A stretch of DNA of 61,364 bases, the filler included, from Choristocarpus tenellus KU-1152 (taxonomy: Eukaryota; Protista; Phaeophyceae), in assembly GCA_964200185.2 (NCBI GenBank). It is 10 parts of 10 records of this genome, joined end to end, with 100 filler letters (N's around TTAATTAATTAA, not from the genome) between each part and the next. Parts side by side here need not be neighbours in the genome. Positions count along the whole stretch, not along the records: positions 1 to 4,396 come from CAXNAD020014741.1; positions 4,497 to 15,738 come from CAXNAD020002431.1; 8 more parts are not named here. One strand, given 5' to 3'. Of this stretch, positions 1 through 13,068 are shown piece after piece. The notes beneath the pieces were generated by a model, which was not told the origin of the DNA, searched no databases, and was given only the letters and a program-made list of their open reading frames with translations. Each line of letters opens with the position of its first letter. The stretch's first letter is position 1. Position numbers and translations under genes: made by a program.

Positions 1-213
1 GAAGAGGCTGCTTCTTTCCCCACGGCCCCTGATGTGCTGCCCTCTCCCATAAACCCATCGTCATCCTCGTCACCTGAGCTTTCATTTTCTGACTGGCACA
101 AATTTTCTCGACCAGCTTTAGCTGGTCTTTCATGTCCTCTAGTGTCGCATTGGTCACTTCATCGTTTTCTTTCACACCGATCCACAATCTTACTGTGTTG
201 ATGGAAGCCTGAG

Positions 214-472
214 GAGCCAAAGTATCTTAGAGGGTAGAGCCGCGTCCATTTGGGGACCAAAATCCAATGTTGCGATTTGGATGTATTTTTGGCTATTGTG
301 TTTGTTAGGATGTGTCAATAACCATGTTCTGCACACACTTTTTTACAACTTAAACATTTTACCTACTCCTAAACATTTTGGAGTAGCAAAACGTCATAAA
401 AAAACCCTTGAGAAGCCAAGCCCCAAATGAACAAAAAGGGCAAAATTCGTACCCTCTAAGGTACTTTCACTC
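214..472. mobile_element. MITE family A, full copy (Sola2-like ends)
   Basis: TIRs GAGCCAAAGTATCTTAGAGGGTA ... TACCCTCTAAGGTACTTTCACTC; 4-bp TSD TGAG at 210-213 and 473-476; four more copies in the window. Confidence 0.9.
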
Positions 473-753
473 TGAGACGGCTTTCCGTCGGGTTTGAGGT
501 GCAGAGCATCCAGAGCATTAGAGAGATCCTCATTTATATATAGGGACACCTTGTGTGGGACGTTATCTCTACGAAAAATGGTGGCCACGTGTGATACTGT
601 AGTACACAGTACAGACATTAAACTACGAAAGAAACGAGCGAAAAATTTCAAAAAAATTAAATAATGATCCTCATCAGTAGACAGTGCATAAAGACATTTT
701 AATCACGATCACAATCAACCTACTTTCAGAATTTTAATCCACACACTGACGCA

Positions 754-1012
754 CCTCGGTATGTTTGGCGCCCCTCGTAGACTTGGTGTCAGGCTTTAGC
801 GTCTGTGCTTTCTCCATGATGGTTCTTGCCTCCTTCTTCAACTTGTAGAGGGTGCTGTGACCGATTCTAAACTTTTGAGCAGCCGTAGTTCCCGTCATGG
901 TCTTCAGGAGTTCCAATGCTTCCATCTTCTTTGCAAACCTCAAGCGTTTATGATTGTCGGCACTGCGAGGCTTGTAGGACACGGCTTTCTCCGTAGATAC
1001 ATTTGGCAGCAC
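754..1012 (-). mobile_element. pogo/Tigger-like transposase N-terminal HTH (CENP-B/psq-type) fragment
   Basis: KRLRFAKKMEALELLK...AAQKFRIGHSTLYKLKKE...KSTRGAKHTE fits the CENP-B N-terminal HTH pattern and ends at a GAG|gtgcgt donor-like site; an inverted pair GATATAAGAGAG/CTCTCTTATATC lies at ~1402-1450. Confidence 0.6.
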
Positions 1013-2291
1013 CTTCCCCTAGCCCTTATTCTTGTTATCAAGGCGCTTCGACGCCGTGTTGTCACCGGCTGGAGGACTCGAAGCCGTGCACTTGGTGGGG
1101 CTCACGCACAATTTGCACACACATTTCATTTCGCTGGCACCAAAAAGAATCCGCAACACCGCAAATGCCATGAAGATAGCCGCTACAATGCGACACTAGA
1201 GGACATGTGGTGGAACATGAGTATTACCCTTTATGTTGCAGCTGGATCCCGCTGCGCAGGGCATCGTTATATCTGTACAATACAGTGTACTGGTGTCGAG
1301 CAGTTTTGTGTTTTTGTTGTATGTTGCTTAGGTTTAGACATGGCTTTTTGAGAAACCCGTTAGCATTGTGTATTTGTTAGAGAAAAAAAATGTACGTTTG
1401 ACGATATAAGAGAGAATTAGGAGGAAAACGCCAAAACCTCTCTTATATCCTGAACTGTCGTCCAAAAACAAAATTATTATAGATTTTACGCAAGACCCTA
1501 ACCCTAGTACCTCATGAAGTATGTATAGTTAGCAAAACAATGACATACTTTGACGTAACATCCCAGATCGTAACTCACTACTAGATTAGTAGGGTGTCTG
1601 ATAGTACGGTATTTGAACCTGATAACCTGTTGTGCATATGCACTGTCGCGATTGATTCTCTAGGGAGATGATGGGTGTACACGCAAGTGTTGTTCTTTTC
1701 TATATCTTGGGAGCCGGTCTGCCAGCCCAAGCAGCTCAAGGTGAGGGCCTTTCATCCTTCAATGTGATGCCTTCATGACTACAAGCCCATTCCGAAGTTC
1801 TATGCGTGAAACAAAGAGAACAGGGCCGCCTGCGTCAGAGATGAAGGTGATTTCTATCACGAAAGTTCTGAAGCAACCAACGACTATCTCAATACACCCC
1901 AATCAAGCAGCCGCCAGTGTGGCGTTTGTCACGCCGTTGCCTGTATCTGGACGAAATGTTGGTATACGAAGTGGACGACTTCCAATGGCAGAGGAGGAAG
2001 AAATAGAAGGTGGGCCTCTTTGTACTGCCACCCACTGCCACCTGGTTCAGAATTGGTCAGGTGGAAGTTTCCACTTTCTTGGTCACCATGGCTTGGTTGA
2101 CTTGCAGTATTATGTACAGTGGTTTGCCATATCAACACTTTGACACAGATATGCGGCCGTACAACTGTGGACCTTCATCTTCAGTAATGGGATGATTTCC
2201 TATAACTTGTTACGAGTAAACACAGAATTCTAGGACGTATAGTAACATTTTCTCTTACACATTTGATGTTGCGCCTCATGTACCTGGGCAG

Positions 2292-2455
2292 CATATTCTG
2301 AACTCCCGGCGGATTGGCGTAATCCCAGCCTGGACGCGCCATCTATAGATGAAGAAGCGGACTCAGAGGAGGACAAGGCAGAGCGAAAGAAGCTTGAAGA
2401 GGAGATGAGGAAACGAGTTCGCACTCCAGAAGAGATATTGAAGACCGTGGAACAG
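2292..2455 (+). CDS. Putative internal exon, acidic/coiled-coil peptide of unknown function
   Basis: cag| ... |gtgagg boundaries; open frame YSELPADWRNPSLDAPSIDEEADSEEDKAERKKLEEEMRKRVRTPEEILKTVEQ. Confidence 0.45.
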
Positions 2456-2599
2456 GTGAGGCCATCTGTTGGGGGAAGAAGGTTAAAAAATCTCGAGTCT
2501 CCCCCAGACCCTGGTGGACTCCAGACAGGCAGTCAACGCCGGAGGAACCTTCCGCTGAGTCAGCTTAAGCGAGTCAAGCCCAAGAAGCGCATGTGAGCA

Positions 2600-2603
<4 letters not shown>

Positions 2604-2643
<40 letters not shown>
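2604..2643. repeat. (CA)n microsatellite
   Basis: Direct reading. Confidence 0.95.
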
Positions 2644-2644
<1 letters not shown>

Positions 2645-4345
2645 CTACCTTGAATATTTGATTGAAAAATGTATTTGGCTTATCTCGGGAGAAGAGAGAA
2701 AGGAGAAGGTGGTGTAACCAAATTGAACCAAGTTGTGTGGATATAATGCCCTCATCAATATATATACATATATTGAGGGAGGGGGCGCTCAATCATGTTG
2801 CCGATGTGGAGACTCTGTGTCCCACCATATTGCACGATTTGAGCAGCCCTTATTTTGAGCGCACACGCCTTGTGATAGCTCTATGTACAGCCTCTGATCT
2901 GAGCTTGGCAACCATTCCTATAATTTGGTGTTTCCCAATGAAGATTGACTGCCTTCACTTGAGTGGCACATGCTGGCTTGAACTCTCCCCAGTGATGAAT
3001 CTGGTGCAATATCTTTACTAATTTGAAAAATCCTCGCAAGAGCTGCATGATCCTCTATTATGCCACCTTTCTGTTTTTCGAGGAAATCTAAGCGTTACCC
3101 TAACCCTAAATATTTCTGTTGATTGTACTTGAATACTTCAAAGTGTTACATAGTCGCAGAATTAACATTCGTCCCACACAATGCTTTCACCAGGGTAGTA
3201 ACATTGACCGAGGATGAACCCTTGCACTCCCTTGCCTCTCTTACGGGGATATCAGCACGGAAGATGGAGAGTTCCGACCTCTGGTACCCAAGACAGATAG
3301 AGAAAGTGTTCTAAGGGGTGAGGACTATTGGATTGACTACAAAGAGGTGAGGGAATGAAATAAAGAAAAATGTTGTGTGTGTAGGGGTGGGGGGAGGGGA
3401 GGAGAGGGGAGGGGGAGTGGTGGTGGTGGGATCTGCATCTCCTGTGTTGATGTATTGTATGGTCTCTAAGAGGTGAGGAAAACAGTGCATGCAGGCTCAC
3501 CTCTTGCACAATTTGGAAGATAACACCAGTGTTTCAGTGTTGATAAAGTCTTGAAAGCCTGTCTATTGCCAGCAGAGTGTAACTTCGACTGCTTGTGTAC
3601 TGATAAGAATTCGGTCGTTATCTCTCACTCCTGTTTTGGGAGTCTCTTGGATGTATCAGGATTTTCTTCCCCAAAGAGGAAGCCCCTCTTACGACCCTGT
3701 ATTGTTTCTTTGTATGGGGCGAGGTGAAGAAGTTCCTTGTTTGTCTAGGACTACTCGAAGAGTATGGGAGGTATAACGAAAAAAAAGAAAAAAGGTTTGA
3801 GTTGAGGTGGGTGAGAGTGAGAACATTTGTGAGAAACAACTTTTGCACCATTGGGGTATAGCGTAAGTGTCGTCTTGAGCCAATAGGATGATGGCATCCG
3901 AGTAAAGCTTTTTTTTTTTACTGGTGTTTCTATTTTATCGATGCTGTACATACTTGTAAATGTTGCTGTAAGTGAAGCTGCAACTGTCTTTAGGCATTAA
4001 AAAAATAAAATAAAATATGGTCTGCGTAAAAAAAAAAAAAATGAAAGGGGCACGGACCAGCCAGTCAGCAAGTGATGATTGCCTTGGGGGAAAGATATTG
4101 TGGTATCTCCAACTAATTTTGCGTTATTGTAGGAATCATGTACAAGATTGGTCAGCAGTAGTTTGAAGGTGCATCGGTATGGTATGGTGGTCACAAGCAA
4201 CACTGCCATCAGACCCTTGTATACTAGTTTGTACTTCTGTAAGGGGTGTGTGTACATACTTAAAGAGTTACCTCGTTGAGTAACAGATATTAGTGTGTAG
4301 GGCAGGGTACGTATACTAGAGAGGAAACTCTAACCCTAACGTCCT

Positions 4346-4396
<51 letters not shown>

Positions 4397-4496
4397 NNNN
4401 NNNNNNNNNNNNNNNNNNNNNNNNNNNNNNNNNNNNNNNNTTAATTAATTAANNNNNNNNNNNNNNNNNNNNNNNNNNNNNNNNNNNNNNNNNNNN
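4397..4496. other. Artificial contig linker (44 N + TTAATTAATTAA + 44 N); also at 15739-15838, 21402-21501, 24013-24112, 39107-39206, 41788-41887, 45537-45636, 48964-49063, 56045-56144
   Basis: The same 100-bp spacer with stops in all six frames occurs nine times, as used when unplaced contigs are concatenated. Confidence 0.97.
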
Positions 4497-4567
4497 CACC
4501 AAAAAAGTGAAAATCGAAAAAAGGTGAAAAACGGACGCCGACACCCCCCCTCAAGATACTTTGACCG
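4497..4567. mobile_element. MITE family B, partial copy at contig start
   Basis: Matches the right half of the 9563-9741 copy (CACCAAAAAAGTGAAAATCGAAAAA...GGACGCCGACACCCC...AGATACTTTGACC). Confidence 0.85.
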
Positions 4568-5735
4568 ATCGGTAGGACCGCCATCTTGCAAAGCAATCCG
4601 CAAGGTTAACATGTTGGGACAAGTAGCTCCTACCCACAAGTCTGTAGGTGAATGATGAGGTTCGTCGAGGACACCCAACGGAAATATCATCAAATATGCT
4701 GGATCTCTCACTTCAATTATTTACTTTATTCTTTGATTGGGGTATGCAGAAAGGACTCAGCAAATATGCACGACCTATGTATTGTTTCTCATAATGATAA
4801 AACAATGAAGAAATAGTCAAGGTACACAATACATAAACTTTAGGACTTCATGGTCATAAAGACCGTTATAAAACCGCCATTAAGACCCACGGCCTGTGAT
4901 AGTAATTAATAACCCTCCTTGTGACTACAAAGAAGCATGTAGGTGCCGAAGAAAGTTCGTGCAGACACACTAGATTTGAACAGTCCATCAACAGCACCCA
5001 CACATTTTCCCATGATATTGGTGATACTCCAAACATTGAATCTGTTCTGACAGAGTCTAGTTCATCCCTGGACAGCTATTACAATGCGAACTCCTTGTGG
5101 TTGGTGATCACAAGACAACTCTCCTGGTCAACTATACACCATACTCTTGGTGATGAAAGTAGTGTTCATGAACTCATAGACACTGCCACCAGTCAGCCAC
5201 CGCGTAATCCACATGTAAGGGTCTACTCTCCTAGTACTGTCCAGTTCCAAAGCTTCCTAATCCTCTCTTCCCTCTTAAGTCAAGGGTGAAACAGGCTATA
5301 CAATGCCTGAACAATGGAAAGACCGTGCCGAAGCATGCCTGAAAGGTCCCATCTCCTGGCATAGGTTGAATTTCAAGTCCCATAGCGCTGGCTTAATACT
5401 CAACCAACTTTGCCTGTGTATATGAAGCCAAGTTGCCCCTAGTACTAACCAACCCAACACCGGTTTCCTGGAAATATCTATTCCTGATGTACACCAAGTT
5501 CCTTTAACACCTTTCAGACCCTAAAATAGAAAGATATCAGGCTTTATCTTCTCCTGACGTCACCACTGTCTATACTTGGGGTCAGTTTCATCCCTGTAGA
5601 CCCAGCCATAGTCCATTTTTTTGTTTGTCTTGATAAAATAATATTGAGTTAAGTGTGTATGGAAGCACGAAAGAGGTATGAAAGTGCTGTAGGGGATAAA
5701 GAAATCGCACATATGGTATTTTTTATGCCTTCCAG

Positions 5736-8700
5736 GGTGCGGAACCCCCTATATATGTTTTCTGGTTTATTGAAACCATTTTGTTTGATTTCTGGTCGAG
5801 TAAAGCCAAGTAAGAGCGGAAAAACCTGTTGCTTGCGCTTCTGGAAGCGTGTATGTTTAAGCATGAAGAAAACCCTATACCGCGCATAATACTTAGGTCT
5901 AAGGGTTACCTTGCATATTATACAACTTAGATAAAATGTGAAAAAAAAAGGTTTCGAAAAATATTGCTCTAACAGTGGTAAAAGTAGAGCTGTAGATGGG
6001 TGGATTTCCGATTTCCTGATAAATATTGTACTTTTTTATATGGTTCAGCTTTTAGGGAGGGACTGTCTCAAAAAATCCTTTGACAACAACAGTTCTATCT
6101 ACGGCAGTAGTCTTTGCTATGTAGTCTTGGTGTTGGGTTCCCCTCCCCCCTGACACATCTACAAATGTGTCAGAAAACAAAACCAAAGCTATAGTACAAG
6201 GAATACGGTAAGTACCCCTCTCCAAAACAAACGTACTACAATAAAACCATCTATACAACAATATTCCCTAAAAAAAGGTTGTTTACTTCAAAGAAATGTG
6301 AACACTGTTATCCTTCTAACCTAGTTTAGCCCTAGGAAGGTGGACAAAGAGCTAGGAAGCCACCCCAAGAATCTGTCAGGCTCCGTGTTGTCCACTTGTA
6401 TAGTGCCTCTACTTTGGAAATGAGTAACAATATCGTACTGGTTACTGACTGTCCAAGAAATTTCCAGCTCGATATAAGCTGACATCAATATCGTACAAAT
6501 CGCCAACTAGATCTTAAACCGTGATTATATTTCAACATGATGACTCAGTAGATGAGGTAGCACATACCTTAAATAAGTTTCAGGGACTCAAACCCTATCG
6601 ATGTGAAATTCTTTTCGTCAAATCTGTTTCAATTACCCTAGCAAAAGAAAAGGCACAAATGCGAACATACCATATCCGAAAGTTTGCGAATTGCATACCA
6701 CCTATTATTTATGTGCTATTATTATCCTGTCTTTCAGTATACGACAAAAACTTCGGACCAAGAACAACGTGGTAAGGCTTCATTACCAATGCTGACTTGG
6801 GTATAGTACAAGATTCGTGGGAGGAGGAGTCACAAACGAAGGCAGTACAATTAGTTATTGTTCAATGGTTAGTTTGACTTGCTACTATGAATATACAATG
6901 AAGCAAATTCTCTGGAGTGGATGTTTGCCCTATGAATGTGCAGCCGACTGGTATGGTATGACTGCTGTGCAAAACCACGCAGCAGGTAACATTTTGGGTC
7001 TAAGAGATACTCCCAGAGATAGGGTACATCACCGACAAGAGCAATCGCCATAGCATTATTATTCCTGATGGAAGTGCACCGATCCATACTTGCGAAAACT
7101 GCTCACCCAAGAAGGTGTGGAAGAGATAAGTGCATTTGAGTACATATAATGTAGTTCGAGTCACAACCAAACATTAGAGCTCTACATGAATAGGTACATA
7201 TTTTGTATTGGGTTAGTTTATCGTTCATTACAACAAAATAAACGTCATGCAATGTTGCAGGGCGAAGGTAAATACTAAACAACTACACAAGGGGTAAAGA
7301 TGACAGGAGTAGAGAATTGTTGGATGCCAATACGTAGCTCCCAGCAGACCTTGAGAATGATCTTGTCGGCAACAAAGATGGGAGTTCAATCTATGTACAA
7401 GGTGCTAACATTACTCCTCGCGGGTCAATGGCTTGAGGCTGCTGCAGGCTTACGGATGCAGAATGACAAGAACAAACATGGGTACGTGCATTTTCATCTC
7501 ATCATACACATTCTGTATCACTTCACAACGATCAGCAAGCGACACATCAAGTTGTCTTCACATGTTGTATATATAGCACATGATATTGTTTTGCTTTAGT
7601 CTATGAAGATGGTGGATGCGAGGAGGTGGGTGGGGCATTTCTGACCGATCACAAGAGAGCAGTCTAGGCACATTTTTGCTTGTATTCAACCTTTATAAGA
7701 ATAGATTACCTGCGAACTGGTGGAAGCGTTGGTCGCATCGCCTTGACTAATCAGAATATAATAGAGCGAAATGCTACACCCTATTGAGGAGTTGCTTTCC
7801 CTACCTTGTATTGGAGACACTTCTGTTTCAATTTTCAGCATTACCGCAATAGCTCTCTTCGGAACAGAACAATATGACCAAAATGGTTGAATTAAAACAG
7901 TGTTCAAAAATTCGCCTTACAATTAAGGAAGACAGAACCAATATGCCCGGGGATGCAGCCCACATCAGCCAGTCATCTAAATTTCAACGTGGGAATGCAA
8001 GGGGGCAATGCACTGAAGGGTAGAACTGACGTACAACATGAGGTCATTGGAACAATCCAGATTATTTCATTCTCCTACAAAACGATCATCACCAGGTGTA
8101 CAAGGGCACAAAAAGGGTAGGGGGCATATTTCCAGCAGCAATCCAAACACTATATGTGCACTTGTTTCGAATCTCACGTCACAAAATAACTGCTTCTCTC
8201 TTTTTCATTCCAAAGTCCCGCCCCAAGCACTGCCTTGGAAATATGTGAACATGCAGTGGCATAGCATATAGGGGCATCGTGGGCGGCAATAGAAACAAAG
8301 GTCACCACGTTGATAACCTGGCAATCAAAGGGTAATGCCAATATCATTCGATAATCCATGCCTTTTATCATGTACCAAGTGAGCTTTGTTTCAAACCACG
8401 ATGTCGATCCCACCTGAATGAAATGGAAACCCGTACTGAAATGAAACAGATCCCACTAAAGCACAAATACAGAATGGATGGTCAAATAATTTGGCACAAA
8501 TCCCTTGCTCAGCAACCTTGGTAACTCCTGTGTCTATTGCTGCCCGCAATGTCTCTTATTGAGTGTCTGTGTACATCGTTCTTCCCAGAAATCACTACTA
8601 TTATTGAGGGCAAGTCCTACAATCAGTGCTGACAGGTCTAACATTTCAGAGCTGTGTCACAAAATTCAATAGAAACATCAAGGTCCGCAAGGAAACAGAC

Positions 8701-10883
8701 TCAGAGACGATCACCACTGCAAATTCTTCCATTGTCGAAGGACAATGTCCTGGGGGACTTGCCATCAGAAGTAACTTGCTTCCAATGGTCTGCTGATGCT
8801 ACAAAAAGGAGTCGAGTCCTCGGGTTTCCAAGGCCCGACCTGCGGAGAAATACTTCAGTTTCAGAAGGGTGCAAATCAAAGAAATTAATAAAATGCGTCA
8901 GGGTACGATTAGCATGAGATGCAATATAAAATTGCCGCCTAATGTGACAACTAATGCACAAGATATACCTTGGAGAGGAGCTGGAGATAAGTCAACCAAC
9001 CTCCCGTAGGTCTTCCTGCTCCCCTTCCATCCAAAGAGAGTTTGATACGCACCCAACACACCAGTTACAGACACAGGTGAAACATGTCCTCACAAAATTG
9101 CCACTATCGATGAACATTGGGTACGGGATACAATTCATCACCTCATCCCAGCCAGGTCTTTTTCAAGAGTTCCGTTGTTGTGTCAATTATTTCCTATGCA
9201 GCACCAAGATATCCTACAGTAGGATGAGTTTGCCGACACCAGCGTCATTACCTCATACTTCTAGGTAGTTACTACTACTATCAAAACCATTATAGGAGTC
9301 AAACGTGGGCAAGGCCACAAGGTGGTCGTTTGTCAGCAATCACAAAGAGCCTGCGGCATTCATGGTGAAGGGTTACAGAAAGATAAGAAAAGCAGGACCT
9401 AGCGCATTTGAGAAAGATTACTTCTGGCTACACCCAGAGGCTGCATTGACAAACTTCCTTGCATTCTCTTGTCTTGTTGATAACCCTAGTCCTCGTGATG
9501 AAGCCACTGTAGAAATTAGAGAAGTGCTTTGCACTACTGTGTTTCCTTCTGAATAATCTCAAGACTCAAAGTATCTGGGGGGTGGGGGTGGTTTGTGAGA
9601 GGGTGTCCGTTTCGGTCAAACAACTCATTTTTGTGCTGACATTTCAAATCCGACACGTGCGACCAAATCACACCAAAAAAGTGAAAATCGAAAAAGGGTG
9701 AAAAATGGACGCCGACACCCCCCCCCCAGATACGTTGACCCTCAACCTGACAAGGGTGCATTTATAGTTATGTGCAAGTGTATGGTCTCCTGCAGTAGTA
9801 GTTTGGGTAACTAACCACCATCAACGGGGAATTTTGTACTGGAGGGAGTTCGTTTTAACGAATCATGCACTATGTAAATAATGGATAACTAGGATGCCTG
9901 CACAACAACAAGTTAACAGTGTCATGCATTTGGCCAACTCCAGTCCAAATTGCACTGACAAGCCTAAGGATGGAGTGCCCACAACAAAAGCGGGAAGTAT
10001 TGACACAGGACTAGTAAATATATGTTCCCTGTCAGAACAACATATAAACATGAGTTGCCCTATTAATAATAGGTTACAGGGAAAGCTCACGCTGTGTTCA
10101 TGTCCCGATTTGGCAGACTACTTTTAGAGGGTGCTCTTGAGATTCAGCAGTGGAGATAGGGAGCCTCTTGGAATGGGAAAGGTGTGATTGGAGTATAGAC
10201 ATCATCCACATTTGCCGTATGCATAGGTTGAGGCAAGTTACGTCCCTTGGGTAATGATCCAAATAATTTAGAGGTAGGCAGGTTTGGGCCAACTCGCATT
10301 CTACTCCATCTTTGATAACTTGTACAATACACTCTATTCCATCCCTTAATGTGCATTTCAGTGTATCCAAGAATTGATTTCCCCCTTTTCCACACACACG
10401 AAGTGACACCACAATTCAGCAAAGACTGTTTCTGCAATTGTACAAAATGGAGCCTTTTCGTCTATTCTCGAGATCGTTTAAAAGCAAGCTTGCCTACCTC
10501 TCAATTACGTTCATTCAAGGTACATATATATATATATATACGATTCACATCAATTGTCTTCCTATGGTAATAGAGCACTATGGTATTTCAATTGAGGAAA
10601 GTTCTAGGGAGCTCGAACCAACTGTCCAAAAGGAGCAAAGCTGCATCGTTCACGTGCATGCAGATGTGAACGTGTTTGAACTACTTAATGCTATTGTAGC
10701 ACACGCATAAAGCAGAGGTATAGACAACGAGTAACCACATGTGTGGTGTGTTGTTTGTAATTGGATTGTTGCTGTTGCTTTCTGATGCAGATTATCGTCG
10801 ACCTACAACCAGGGGACCAGGGACCAATCAAAGTCACCATCACTTACGAGGGAAGATTCACGGGGAAGTCGATGCCATTGTAG
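5736..10883 (+). CDS. 3' end of an unknown gene; exons 5736-5809, 6738-6771, 10791-10883
   Basis: Three AG/GT-bounded exons with compatible phases (2, 0) join to GAEPPIYVFWFIETILFDFWSSKANIRQKLRTKNNVIIVDLQPGDQGPIKVTITYEGRFTGKSMPL*; family not recognised. Confidence 0.5.
7950..8560 (-). mobile_element. Possible highly decayed non-LTR (CRE-like) reverse transcriptase relic
   Basis: Only weak, broken motifs: ELPRLLSK, QYGFPFHSGGIDIVV, GICPLPFLC, LDD in the expected order. Confidence 0.25.
9563..9741. mobile_element. MITE family B, full copy
   Basis: TIRs GACTCAAAGTATCTGGGGGG ... CCCCCCAGATACGTTGACCC; 4-bp TSD TCAA at 9559-9562 and 9742-9745. Confidence 0.88.
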
Positions 10884-13068
10884 CAAGGCCGAGGTGGAAC
10901 GTATTGTATGTCCAGCGGGGGTAGTGCGCAGCGTGCTGTATCTGAGATTGGGGTATCTTGGGTTGACAAGGGATGGAACGGAGGAACAAGTGTTACTAGA
11001 GAGAAGGTCGGGGCTTGGGTTCTCTACACAGGTATGTTTCACGTTTGAGAACTTGCGTAGCTAAGAGGGATATAATCCCACTCGCTCCTGTTAACCCCGT
11101 TGGTGAACATTTGCACTTTGGGGAGGACAGGAGACAACTGGGGTCTGGTAGTTCCTTGCTTCCAGCTTCCATTACCGAGAATTCATCTAACAACTAATCT
11201 CTACGTCCTTGAAAACACACGAACTTGGTTCTGTATCTTTCATTTCAAGGTGAGTAGTGTACCTGCCACATGGCAGAGAACCTCAAAATAAGTGCTTGAA
11301 AATAGCCTTTATCGAATCATACGGTTGCCCCAGCTTGATGGTTGACTCCGAACCTCTCAGAAAAGCCCAAATCGAAGAGAAATAACCGAACCAAACTAGG
11401 CTGAGACGTACTGGTCGCCTGTTCCTCTTGTGGGTGCGTGTGTGCTCTGATCTTTGGCTCAACTTAGTTGCTTTCGAGGACCGACCTTCTTCCTATGTTC
11501 ATGTGCCGTGTTCTTCGCGAAGAGTACAATTTGTTTTAGATAGGTTAGTCCGCCAATTCATGTCAATTCTTGACCATGGGCGCTAAATTATGATAAATAT
11601 AGGGAAATGCATATTCACCAATAAAATCATCATCCTCACTTACCAGATCCTACCCTCCATTTTGTACTATATATATATGTATTAATAATTGAAAATACCA
11701 TATAATAATTATTATGACATAATGATGGATATAGAGGATAATTTATCTATTATTACATGTACGAAATAACTTATGGAATTGATTTTATTTGTGAAAGTAT
11801 TGAATAATAGTATATAATTATATTATTTTGTAGCCCACTCAGGATTTCCAGATGTAGGGAAGAAGAAAACGTATATTTTGTATATTGCTAGAAACTATAT
11901 ACAATGTAGTAAATTACTCCAAAGGGTCCCAGACCAGTGTTCAAAAGATGGACCAGAGAGTAGAAGAATAGCAAGACAGTACTGAGATGGAAGAAACGAA
12001 AAAAAAAAGGAATGGAAAGGGAAAACTCAACGTAGTTCCAAGTACGCAACTCAAGACCCATTTCACTTAGTAGTAACTAATTTTTGGAATATTATAGAAC
12101 ATTCGTATGGACATAACCAGGATCATCAAATAAGGTCCTACAAGTGAAGAGTCCATCCACAATCATCGATGAAAGACATTTATCATTATATATGTGCAAC
12201 AAGTGACTCAAGAAAAAATACCAATATAGAAGAATGAGAACATTCAACGCACGACACTTCACTAGTAGTAGCTGCGACTCACCTGGTTGGATTGGTTCAT
12301 TTGTTGCGTTCAAGGCTTCGCTGGTATAAGCACTTGTTGGTGTGTGTATATAGTAGGTTGTATTTGGTTTCACCAGCCACACATGCCTACCTACCTTTTG
12401 TGTCGATTTTCTGCCCTCCTACACCAACGAACGACTGTGACCAAAGTGTTCAAGATCGGCTTGCAAGCGCACTCACCATTGTTTCATCTGCAAGTTCCTT
12501 AACAAACACCAACAGCATTTGTCATCGCTTGTCCCTCATCATCCATGCAATTGACCCTGTGAACAAGAACTTCCTTTGTGCACAGATGGTCACATCCAGT
12601 CTTCATTCACAACAAAGAGAAGCTTTGTATGCCGTGATACGATCAGTGAGCTTCCGAGTTCAGAATCTGATGCAGTGCAGTAGAACAAGTGTGTGTGTAG
12701 TGATGGCAATGAAAGGTTGTGACATAATTGATCTGGTGGAGTGTCTGTGTCACACAACAACAACATAGAAGGAGTTCAACCATGTACATCAGCATTGAAA
12801 ATTACACTCTCGTAGTTCTGTTGTACAACACTTCGATATACTTACGGAAGCAGGTCTGGAGCACTATGCGTAGTTATATTATGAGGAAGAAGCATATATA
12901 GTGCGATACACAACAAGGAAAATATTCAGAGTCCTGCGTCTATAATGGGTTGTGTATTGGAACCAACAGTAGTAACAGTTATAAAAAGGATTTCATGACT
13001 TTTTTTTTATACACCTATATTGTTGGCTTCACAGTAGTTCAGAGTGGTTAAGGTTTGTTCCAAGGATG

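Noticed and set aside
857-1351. 164-aa plus-strand ORF
   Set aside because: Antisense to the pogo-like HTH fragment, with no recognisable domain.
4441-4452. TTAATTAATTAA as a biological motif or piggyBac target
   Set aside because: Always centred in N padding, so it is an assembly linker.
5290-5400. OTU protease-like motif (GLEIQPMPGDG, minus strand)
   Set aside because: The catalytic Cys is absent and the similarity does not extend; too short to support.
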